A DNA stretch of 51,082 nt, filler included, from Dimargaris cristalligena (taxonomy: Eukaryota), in NCBI GenBank assembly GCA_003614675.1. It is 2 parts of 2 records of this genome, joined end to end, with 100 filler letters (N's around TTAATTAATTAA, not from the genome) between each part and the next. Parts side by side here need not be neighbours in the genome. Positions count along the whole stretch, not along the records: positions 1 to 25,511 come from ML002560.1; positions 25,612 to 51,082 come from ML002561.1. The stretch is one strand, 5' to 3'. Below the pieces are notes generated by a model. It was not told the origin of the DNA, made no database searches, and saw only the letters and a program-made list of their open reading frames with translations. The stretch's first letter is position 1. Each line of letters starts with the position of its first letter. The position numbers were made by a program, and so were the translations under genes. This document shows positions 21,392 through 32,134 of this stretch, piece by piece.

Positions 21392-23527
21392 CTACTTCTT
21401 AGATTCAGCGATGAATCCTGGCGGGAGTGGGAAAGGGGGGGGGAAGTGAGGTCGGGATTCTGGTAAAGGAAGACTGGTGGTGCTGTGGTGGCTACTAGGG
21501 CTGCCACTCTCCCCTCCGTGGTTGGGATGAGCCATCAGGGGGGCGCGGAGGTGACTGGGGTCCGCATCGTCGGCAGCATGGAAAATGGCCGTGGTATAAT
21601 GGGGGCGGGGTAGGGAGTCCAGGAGACTGTCCATGTCGTTGCCCTGATAATCGGCAGGGGGAATGGGGCTGTGGGGTAGGGAGGTCAGGAGCTGACTCTC
21701 AGTTGGTTCCTCCCCTTCCTCCCCGTCATCGCTATCCTCCTTTTTGACAGCATACCGGTTTCCGGGGGGATTGGGCTCTGACAGGGTCGGATCAGCAGGT
21801 CCTAATAAAAACGAAGAGGTGGACCCGTTGGGGCCGGTACCGCCGTGGGAGGGACTCGAACGATATCCCGACGTATACAACCCCTGATTGAGGAGGGGTG
21901 GGTTGATGTCGGCGTTATCATCGTCGGAGTCCGCTTCGGGCGCCATAAAATCGTACTTGCGGGTAAGCTCGCTGATCAGGGCCGTACTTTCGGGGTCGTC
22001 GAAGAGTAAGTCCTCAATCTCCCGGGTTTTCAGGGACAGCCGGCGGTCGGTTTGACCCAGGTACCGGGACTTGGCCGCGGAACCCGCTAGGCGGGACGAC
22101 CGGGGGGAATCGACCCCCAAAGAAGACGCCTGGGGGGTGGCGGCCTTCTCCACTTTAATGCGTGTGGAGGGCGCGGGCGAGGTCAACTCGCTCGAAGACG
22201 GTGGTTTAACCGACATCGTGGCCGAGTTAGAGGCAATGGGGGTGCCCCCGGGACTGGCCGTAGGGGCGGTGGCGTACCGCTTCATGAGGGCGGTGATTTC
22301 GGGACTCATACCATCATGACTCAGGGAAATGTCGTGGTGGGGGGTCGGGTGTGGCCCGCCTCGACTATGCACTGAGTATGGTTGACTCCGGTCCCTCACA
22401 CTACCCCTGTCCAGAACTTCATCCTTGGGGGCGGTTTTGTATCGCCCATGGCTAAAGGCTGCCCGTGGGGTCTTTTCTATAACAAAGCGACGGATATCAC
22501 TGGGTGTCGAAGAGAACGAGTATTCGTCCGAGGCCGAGGGACCGCCCCGGTGGGGCTGGCTGGAGTAATTGTCCATAATTGGGGCATCCCCATCGAACGA
22601 TGACAGGAGATTGCCGACCGGGCGCTGGATAGTGGACTGAACATCGCCATTCAGCAGACTGGTACCATAGAGGTCGCTCCCGATTTTGGAAGGGGTATGT
22701 TGGGTGGGGTCCATAAAGGAGGTCCGGGCGGCCGAGCCATGAGGGGGACCGTACGACAAGCCCGCTTTACTATGGCTATGGGCCGTAGCCAAAGAAAATT
22801 CCGGGCGGAACTCGTGGGCGAGCCGTGAACCCTGGCGGGGCTGACTCCGCTGGAGAGTCGATGAAGGCCCGCCGTCCCCGCTCCGGATGGATCGGAAACC
22901 AGCCGGTGTTCCCGCTAGAGAGGGGGTTTGCAGGACTTTGATGGAGCCCACTAGGCGGCTGTGTACCGAATCCGGAGTGGCAATAACCGAGGCTTGGCTG
23001 GGGGCGTACCAACCACCACTGCGGTCCCCCATTCCGGCGTAGCCCATGGCCTCATCGATATCATCGAGGGGGTAGTTGAACGATACTTGGCCATCTACGA
23101 CTGATGCGGTACCGTCGGCTTCACCCGGAACGGGGCGGGCGAATATTTCGAAAAATTGGAGCCAGGGCTATTTCAGAGTGGCAATAATTTTGATGGATAT
23201 TTGGGATAGGGGTTTTTAGAACTGTATGGTTAAAACAGGTCAAGGTAGTGATCGATTGTCTATTGCTGGGATGGCGCAATGGATATTGGTGAGTGGGGAG
23301 GGGCAGTCCAAACTTACTTTACATATGTCCAGGAGCCGTTTCGATACAGCGCCTAGTTTTTCGACGCGAGGTAGTAATTCGCCTTCCAGGTTTTTGTGAG
23401 TAACGGAGAAGTTGGCGTCGATTTCCTGCAGTAAATAAGTGATGTTTTGTTCGAGTAATTCGATTTGCGCGGTGGGGCTGAGGGACTCAAAGGCCACCTG
23501 CGGCTTGAGGGGAAGCTGGCTGCTCAT
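21392..23527 (-). CDS. ASK1: DASH/Dam1 complex subunit Ask1 with long disordered Ser/Pro-rich C-terminus; exons 23527-23318 and 23167-21392 (possibly extending to 21151)
   Basis: IELLEQNITYLLQEIDANFS...LLPRVEKLG...K|PWLQFFE matches the Ask1 N-terminal domain as I recall it (LEQxITxxLQEIDxNF...W..FFE). Intron 23317-23168 (GTAAGT...TAG) joins in frame with ORF 21392-23047. Confidence 0.85.
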
Positions 23528-24154
23528 GACGGAAAACCGGGACCTGGTAGACTAAGGGAATGGGCGGGTTGAAATGGAGGTATATATACAATCAGGTGCA
23601 ATGAAGAGGGAGGAGATGGGACGAATGTGGGTTCGCTTAACGAATGGAGGCCCATGGGAGACTGCTCGTCGAGACGGGGTGGACCAGGCTAGGGATCGGG
23701 AGGTTTGACTTGGCCCCACGACTGGCGCTAAATGTGTACGGGTTTTTTTCTGTGGGTTTGTTTATGCCTAGGTAACCGTCCCAGCTATGGGTTTCCTCTA
23801 GACTAGTCAACAAGGCCAAAAGAAGGGGAGCTAAAGGGTTAAAGCTGGCCTTCATGTTCCTGATAAACTACATACTCCCGGCCACCTGCCTTGGACAAGA
23901 AGGCCATGTTCTGAAGAACTTGCTAGGTGTTGCTGTTTTGAAGTGTGGTATGTACGTCGATGGGAGAAGCGCTTTCAAACTCCGCCTTCTAACCCAATAT
24001 TATTCTTTTGGGCTTAGGCTGACTCTACCAGCTGAACTGCTCCTGTTTAATTCGTCACTACTTCGCTTAACGCTCTCTCCCCCACTCGCGTGTGCTTCTT
24101 CTTTCCTTACTCCCTTTATATCCCACCACAACTTATCCCTTTCCCATATTTACC

Positions 24155-24891
24155 ATGGCTCAAGCAATGACCGCCCAATCTGGCAATGGCTCCACCGAGG
24201 GTAAGTAGCATCCTTGAAATAACTTCTCCCTACCCAATCTGCCTGGGCATTCAAGGGATTGGGCCCTTACCAGAGTTAGCAGGTTGTCTGTTTAGACCTA
24301 GCACCACATCATCTAGTCCCTCAGGACCGCAATAAGGAGTCCCGCTCGGTAGACGGTGTCATCGACCACCTTGCTCATCTCCATCCTTTGGCCGCGGGCG
24401 ATGGTCCCATAATTCTACTTCACAACACCCCATCCTTCTCCCATCTCATAGAGTTCCGGGAGGCCTTCTCTCTGTTCGACAAGACGGGCCAAGGCCACAT
24501 CCCCATCGAATCCCTCGGCACTCTGCTCCGGGCCTTGGGCCAAAACCCCACTGAAACCGAGCTCCAGGAAATCGTCGCTGACCTGGAATCCGACATGGGG
24601 GCCGCCAAGTCCAAGCACGTCGGGTTCGATACCTTTTTGGGCATTCTCCAACGCCCCGGCGGCTTCGCCAAACCCAGCGAGGGGGCCTTTGAGGAATTTG
24701 TCCAGGCCTTCCAGGTGTTTGATAAAGAAGGTAACGGCTTTATCTCGGCCGGCGAACTGCGCTATGTGCTCACATCGTTGGGCGATCGGTTGACGGACGA
24801 GGAAGTCAATGAGCTGTTGAAGGGAATCGAGACTGACAAGAATGGTAATATTCACTACGAGGAGTTTGTCCGTATGTTACTGGAATCCTAG
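24155..24891 (+). CDS. MLC1: Myosin essential light chain (Mlc1/Cdc4-like EF-hand protein); exons 24155-24200 and 24452-24891
   Basis: EFREAFSLFDK, LGTLLRALGQNPT, EEFVQAFQVFDKEGNGFISAGELRYVLTSLGDRLTDEEV. The degenerate N-lobe EF-hands distinguish it from calmodulin. Intron 24201-24451 (GTAAGT...TAG) is in frame. Confidence 0.9.
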
Positions 24892-25511
24892 ATGGGCATC
24901 CCTACAACACACCCTATGTTTTTCTTTACAATTTCCTTTTATGTCTCGGTTTATACCCAACTCTATGTACCTTGTCACATTCCATGTATAAACCCCGTTA
25001 TTATCCATGATCGATATCAGCTCAGCTGAGTTAATATTTTTCAATTGCGAACGGGTCCCCGATAAGGGGTCACCCGGAAAAATACTAGTAAAAGAAATGG
25101 CTTGGAGGTTGTTCTATCGTATTTTCATACATCTTCCCACCGGATTTGGATGGAATCGGGCGAGGCGGTATATTTAAAATGCAACGTAAATAAAAACATA
25201 TGATGTTAATAAAAAACCATTCACAGTTAAATGAGTCCATGAAGCGGATGCTTTGTTTTATAATAGGACCAAATCGGACCCTTATTTCGAAATGTAGGGC
25301 GCCGTCGTCGAGTATTTATTCATCAACACAATCCGGCCACACAAATCGGGGAAGTAGATGCTGGTTGGAGTATAGCTATCGTACAGCGGAAGTAACGTGG
25401 AAAATTAAATGGCAGCTGGTAATATATGGGCGAAGTTCGGCTTAGCTGTATAAGGTTTTAACTAATATGTGTATGGGAAAATCGGTGGGATGTTTATATT
25501 CAACCAGTAGT

Positions 25512-25611
25512 NNNNNNNNNNNNNNNNNNNNNNNNNNNNNNNNNNNNNNNNNNNNTTAATTAATTAANNNNNNNNNNNNNNNNNNNNNNNNNNNNNNNNN
25601 NNNNNNNNNNN
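25512..25611. other. Artificial assembly spacer: N44-TTAATTAATTAA-N44 (100 bp)
   Basis: Symmetric N runs around a 12-mer that places stop codons in all six frames, typical of an inserted contig-joining linker. Confidence 0.95.
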
Positions 25612-26529
25612 TTTTATCACCTATCTTTTCAAATAAAGTTCAGTTTTCAAGGATTTGAGTTCAGTTCTTTACACCTACACAACCTTACTATTTTCCCTTT
25701 TAATAGAGAAGGAAAGGGAGAGAGGGAGGGGGAGGAAATAAAAAGGAGAAAATGATAATATAGAGTATAAACTATAAGGATAGTGTTGCTTAGGTTAACT
25801 ACTCTTAATCCATCAAAAGACCCAAGGATAGGCTTCTAATAGTAGGTAGGGCTTAAGTATAGCTAACTGGCTTACTAGTATCAGGCATAGGGTACAGTAC
25901 TAACTAATAAAGGCTTAGTAGTAGGTACACTTACTAGTTAGTATAAGGGAGGTAAGTATATATAGAGTTTATTGGGAGTAAACTAAAGGGAAGAATAGGC
26001 TGATAAATCTAACTGGTCCTAATGGGGCCTAGTTATATATATATAGTAATAACTCCAAAGGAGAGTCCTAAGGGAAGGATATTACTAGGGTTATAGGATA
26101 AGTAAATAGTCCAACCAGATGGCTACTAGTAACTAGAAGAGTCTTTGGATCAGCACTGGAGTGATTAGTGCAAAGAGGTGGAGTTTGGATGGGGATAGTT
26201 ATATGATAGGGGATAATCCCATAGTACCAGGGGTGGCCATGGGAAGGTTAATATGGTGCTATAAGGCCTAGTGGGGGTGGTTGGCATGGTGTCTAGATTA
26301 AGGTGGATTAGAAGGACTGACTTTCAGAAACCACAAAATAGCTGCACTATTGTTATATTTGGCCCAGGGAGGTCCAGAAATTATCACATTTATCTAATAG
26401 AGGAGGGGGGTTCTTTTCTTGGTGTAGGCAAAATATTTAGATGGAAGTTGATTATTTTATTAATACATTGTTTTAGCTGGGATGGTATGTGTTATTTTCT
26501 AAGGTCTACCCCTAATTATTGAGTGTGGT
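25612..26529. mobile_element. CpG-free, TpA-rich decayed repeat/transposon relic at a contig end
   Basis: No CG dinucleotide found by eye in about 918 bp (first at 26530). Rich in TAG/TAA/CTA and sits at an assembly break. Family not identifiable. Confidence 0.5.
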
Positions 26530-27331
26530 CGATAGGGCTTGTAACAGCATCTTGTCATTCGGGTGGTGCCTTTTCGTCAGGGCATGATATCACTTCATCA
26601 TTTTAGCTGAGGACTTCCCCAGTTTTTGCAATACAAGTGAATAGACGCGGATAAACAAATCAGTCCAACATCTTTCGAGTAGGGCCGTGTAATGCTACAA
26701 CACATCCTCAACATGTCCTGAACACTACTATAACGCTAGGCCGAGAGGGCCCCGAATTTACCGTTGACTATTTAAGTCGAGGAGCGATTTCAAATAGACA
26801 TGAATTGAAAAAGTATAGTTATTTAATTATTTGATTGTAACATGAAGGACCCGTAATTACGTATGAATTTCTCGTTTTATTCCCTGCAATCGTCGCATTT
26901 GTTTAATGACTCGGCGATCGCTCGCTGATCACTTGTCTGGGCCTGCTCCACCAGAAGGCAGTGTAAATTTTCGACCTCTCGGTTGTTGGCGCTGGCCAGA
27001 GGTTGCAGTTTACTGTCATTCATAATGTATCATAGTCATTTATTTAAAGCATTGTGGCTGATTGTATTAAAAAATATGTTGCCCAGCCATAAGGTGGCTA
27101 AGATAGTTTAGCCGGGCCAGAATTTTCCATACCACGTTTAAAATATCGGTATTTCACCGATCAAACCATTCAAAATTATTTCCGAATTTATCATGCCCTA
27201 AAAAATAAAATCGTGCGATTATTCGACTCAAATATGTTATCAGGCATTACCCAGATAGCGATCGGAAAGCAAACGTGCCGAATGAACACCATATATAAAA
27301 AATAAACTCCAAGTAGGATTGGCAAATCCAA

Positions 27332-28133
27332 TTAACTGTTGGCCGAGTATTTGTACCTGGTAGTTATTAAAATAGTATATGGTTTAGTACAGTTGCATAC
27401 GGTTAAATGTTAGTACCCGGCGATTCAATTATCAATCACCTATCGAGGTGGGGTGGACCTTTGCGCTACTATGGTATTTCCATCCAGTGATAGAAGCTCA
27501 CAAAGAGGTAACCGTATTGTCTTTAAGACCCTGCTCAGATAAAGTACCGTAATGGTATATACATAACAGCCCTAAACTAGTAATAGACTACTTACCCGCA
27601 TCGCCGACAATTATAGAAAATAGTTTGACCTTCATCCGCCGACCGCATCTGGCGGGTATGGTATTCCATTTCTTCAGCCCCACATTTCTCACAGGTTTGA
27701 GCGATCTGAGAAACAGGAAGTGCAACGGACAGATTAAGGCATGGTTAGTTACATTAACAAAGTGATCCCTATAGACATGTAGCAGTAGTCTCGCGCGGCC
27801 AAAGCTTAGCAAGAAGGAGGGAAATAGGCATAGATAGAATATCAAGTTTTGGTTAGCAACCGCCATTGGAGGAAAGCTTACCGTAGCAGCCTCTTCACGC
27901 ATTTTGCTCAGGTCGTTCTGAACCAGCGATTTCTTGTTACGCAGGGCCGAAGGGAAAGCATTCGGGCCACTCTGGGTTAAGATTTCGATTCCCTCATATT
28001 GGTCACAATTCTTAGTCTCTCCGCAGATTTCGCATAAGAGGGATTGGGAGGAGCCGGGGTCGTCGAGCAGGTTACCGCACTGGGAGCAGAAAATAAGGGA
28101 GCCGTATACGTTGCGATTGACTTCTTCGTTCAT
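27332..28133 (-). CDS. RPA12: RNA polymerase I subunit A12.2; exons 28133-27882, 27705-27596 and 27356-27332
   Basis: N-terminal Zn ribbon [13 protein letters not shown]...CEIC, linker [13 protein letters not shown]. Spliced C-terminal TFIIS-like ribbon [40 protein letters not shown]. Both introns have GTAAG donors and CAG acceptors. Confidence 0.95.
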
Positions 28134-28889
28134 GGTGGCTAGTAAACAGTGGAAGCGGGCTTCTTTGGGCGAAATAGAGGTACTAAAGGAGAGAGAGTCG
28201 AAGCAGTTTGCTCAATTAGTTTAGAAAATGTTAGGGTGCGAGGAAAAAATGAAATGGAATGATGCACAAAGGTTCACTAGAAAGGACATGGACAGTGCCT
28301 AGGAAACTGAGGAAACAGATAGAGTATAGTGAATGAGAACGGATATCTCCCGCAAGAAACGACTTCGCAATTGCCCGACAGTGCCAATTTTTACAAAGTA
28401 ATATTAGGCAAAAAGGCTAACGGGATTTGTCGAGCCTACAATATCCACGGCGGATTTTTTTATTCGGTACTATTGAATACGAGAGTCACATGATCTGGGC
28501 CGCTTTATTTTTCTTTTTTTTTTTCTCTCTCTAGTCGAGGGATCTCGTTCCATTTGTTATATTGGCCGGCCCTTGTATTATGGAGAATTTTAAAGGCTGA
28601 AAAAAACCCCTACAAGCCATAATAGTGAAAATGGAAGTCAACCGTAGCTAAAGTAAGTCGAATGAACAAGGTGAGTATATGGGCTACTTGATTCCATTTC
28701 TCAGCTTCACTCAAGTTAACGTAACCGGTGCTGTTAATACTAGTGGCTTCACCTACATTGCCCGGCTTGGTTTTTTTCAGTCTCGCATTTACTTACCCCG
28801 ATCGGTTGTATCGGTCCATTCCCCACCTTTCCCGGCATATAATTCATTGACAACCCCACCTCTCCCCCCTAGCCAGCTCACATTCCGCC

Positions 28890-31638
28890 ATGGACTTTGA
28901 CCTTAAGCCCGACCTGAATCTGGTGCAGGACGATATCGAGGCCGAGGCCGACGACTTGGATACCGGCTTCAGCATCGACTTTAACCATGATGCCTTCGCC
29001 GGTCTCGCTAATATTCGCAAGGTGAACGCTGCGCGACGGGCTCTGCGGGCCCACCAACTGACTGCCTCCACCAATACTCTCGAGGAGCGCATCGCCCGTC
29101 AGCGCGCCCTATTGGCCCGTGAGACTGGTGATGCTCAGCTAACTTTTGATAGCTCCGATAGTGAAATGGACGAGCTGGTCGATATGGATAGTGAGTCCGA
29201 CCAAGAAGCGGACAGTGATGCGCAGGATCTCCTAACAGCCGCCGAGACCACCAAAGTTCACGTATCGGGCGCGAACGTACATAATGAAGACGATGAGGAT
29301 GATAGCGACGACGACGAAGATATGGTTACCAAGCGCAGTTTCCTCGCAGACGGCATGTCATCGGCCGATGAGGAGTCAGAGGTCGAGTCGGAATCCGAGC
29401 CTGAATCAGGATCAGAATCCGAGGCGGAAAGCGAAGTTGAGTCTATGGCCGGGGCGTCCGACACCGAAAGCGACGAGGAAATCGATGAAGCGGAGGAGGC
29501 CCGTCGCCAGGAGTACTTCGATATTGAAGAGAATGTGGATAAAAGCCTCCCCCAGTCCTTCAACCTTATGAATCTGTCCCGCCCTATTCTAAAAGGCCTG
29601 GCCCAGCTCGGGTTCACCAAGCCCACCCCGATTCAGGCCCGTGCGATTCCGATTGCGCTGTTGGGTAAGGATATCTGTGGTGGTGCGGTCACCGGTTCCG
29701 GTAAGACGGCCGCCTTCTTCGTACCCATTCTCGAGCGACTGCTCTACCGTCCGCGCAAAAACCCGGCCATTCGGGTACTTGTGCTGTGCCCCACCCGCGA
29801 ATTGGCCATCCAGTGCCATAGCGTCGCCACTAAATTGGCTGCCTTTACGGATGTCAACATGTGTCTGTGTGTCGGTGGTCTCCCCATGCGGGCCCAGGAA
29901 ACGGAATTGCGGCAACGCCCCGATATCGTGATCGCTACCCCTGGACGACTGATTGATCATTTGCACAATTCCCGCTCCTTCACCGTGGAAACCCTCGAAA
30001 TTCTGGTCATGGACGAAGCCGATCGGATGTTGGAGGACGGTTTCAAAGCGGAACTCACCGAAATTGTCGAAAACTGCCCGCGTAGCCGGCAAACCATGCT
30101 GTTCTCGGCGACCATGACCCAGAACATCGACGAACTCATCCGTCTATCCCTGCACAAACCCGCCCTGGTCCAGATTGACTCCGCCAAACAGGCCGCCGCC
30201 AACCTGGTCCAGGAATTTATTCGGATCCGGCCCAACCGCGAGGCGGACCGCCCGGCTGTGTTGCTGTCCCTCTGCCGCAAGACTTACAAACGCCGCTGCA
30301 TCATCTTTTTCCGCAGTAAGTTGGCGGTGCGGGAAATGAAAATTCTATTCGGGCTGTGTGGGTTGTCCGCCGCCGAAATTCACGGTAATCTCAACCAGGC
30401 CCAGCGGTCGGAGGCCCTCGAACGGTTCCGGGATGGCGAAGTGGAATTCCTAATGGCCACCGATGTGGCGGCCCGTGGTCTGGATATTAAGGGTGTGGAG
30501 ACCGTTATTAACTTCAACATGCCCATGCAATTTGCCCAGTACCTCCATCGGGTGGGTCGTACCGCCCGTGCCGGCCAATCCGGTCGTTCGGTGACGTTGG
30601 CCGGTGAAAGTGACCGCAAATTACTGCGGTTAGCGCTCAAAACGGCTAAAAAGGACCGTGTGCGCAGCCGTATCATCGCCCCCGCCACCATTGAGAAATA
30701 CAAGGCGAAACTCGAAACATTAAAACCCCAGGTGGAGAAGATTCTGGCCGATGATGATGACGATCAACTCCTGGTCAAGGCCGAAAAGGATATCAACCGG
30801 GCGTCGAACTTAATCAAATACGCCGAGGAAATCAAGGCTCGGCCGGCCAAGGCGTGGTTCCAGTCCACAGCCGAGAAGCGCCAAGAGAAAGGTAAGTTCC
30901 ACAGCGAGATGGGTTTAGGATGATGTATTCTTGGTTAAAGGAGACGATCCGGCTTTCTGGAGGGTTTCTTTTGCTGCCCTTATGGAAACGGACATTCCCT
31001 GACCATACGTAATTTCGTATACCCAATTCCCGACCCAGCGTATTATACCAGACAACTGGTTTAGCCGTCTGGGTCTAGGCGGAGCTTAATTACATAGATT
31101 TGACATACCCCTTTTTGTACAAACCGACCCTATTTCGACTTGCTAACCACTCGACTCTTTAACTTTCTATTACTGACGACCTTTCCGTATTTATATGCAA
31201 CCATCCTTGCTATCAGCCAAAGAACGGGAGTTCTTCAATGCCAAACTCGAGGCCAATCTGACCTCCTCATCCAAGGCCACCAAGCCATCCCAAATGACCC
31301 ATGCCAAGAAACGGAAACTGAAGTCCAATGACGACAAGGCCGCCGAGCGCTCGGCGTGGGGGTCCATTAAAGCGGCCAAGCGGGCCAACAAGATGCCCCG
31401 CATTAGCGCCCTGGATGAAGGCACCTCCCGCCCCAAGGGTCCGAATAACAAGGCCAAGAACAAGAAGAAGAAGGGTGCTGCGAAGGGCGACTTTGGTTTT
31501 GCTAATGAGCTTACTAGCACCACTAAGAAGGGCGCAGGTCAGTCCGGTGCGGCGGCCAAGAAGAAGAAGAGTATGTCCATGCTAGGGGCTGCTAAACGCA
31601 AGGGCAAAGTCGTTAAGCAGCAGGGTCGCAAAAAATAA
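28890..31638 (+). CDS. DRS1: DEAD-box RNA helicase Drs1/DDX27 (60S biogenesis); exons 28890-30891 and 31217-31638
   Basis: Acidic N-terminus, Q motif SFNLMNLSRPILKGL..GFTKPTPIQ, GAVTGSGKTAAF, PTRELA, ATPGRLIDHL, DEAD, SAT, DVAARGLDI, HRVGRTARAG, EIKARPAKAWFQS, basic tail. Intron 30892-31216 (GTAAGT...CAG) is in frame. Confidence 0.95.
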
Positions 31639-32134
31639 AGGGAGCTAGATTATTATTTTTTGGTAAAAAAACAAACAAACAAGCTAATCCCCCTACTCGG
31701 CCGCTTTCTTTATAGTGCTATTAGGTGCATTATTTTTAACCGGGGTGTTAGTCTGAGCTATCCTCTTCCTTGTTATTTATGCGACTCCCTCGCTCTCTTT
31801 CCTGATGCAATAGGAACCCAGCGGCTGCATATTGGTCTGCATTTTATATGGATAAATAAATAATGGTATTTTGAGTTGTTGAGCTAGTATCGATGTAGTT
31901 TCTTGAAAGGGACAGTAAAATGACCAGTTGACCTTATTTATTATTGTTGCTGGCAGACAAGGAGGGTAGCAAAGGTACCGCCTGGTGTATTAAGCCATGG
32001 GTGATATAATGGGGGGCCTGGGTATTTGGCCAAGAGAATAAAGCAATGAATGGGGTATAAATCGCGGTACAGCGAATATACTACTAGTACGAGCTGGCCA
32101 AGGGGGCAACTATTTCACTACAGCCGCTAAAAAA

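Noticed and set aside
24155-24891. Calmodulin
   Set aside because: EF-hands 1 and 2 are degenerate, and the sequence has Mlc1/Cdc4-type features (LLRALGQNPT, ELRYVLTSLG) rather than near-invariant calmodulin sequence.
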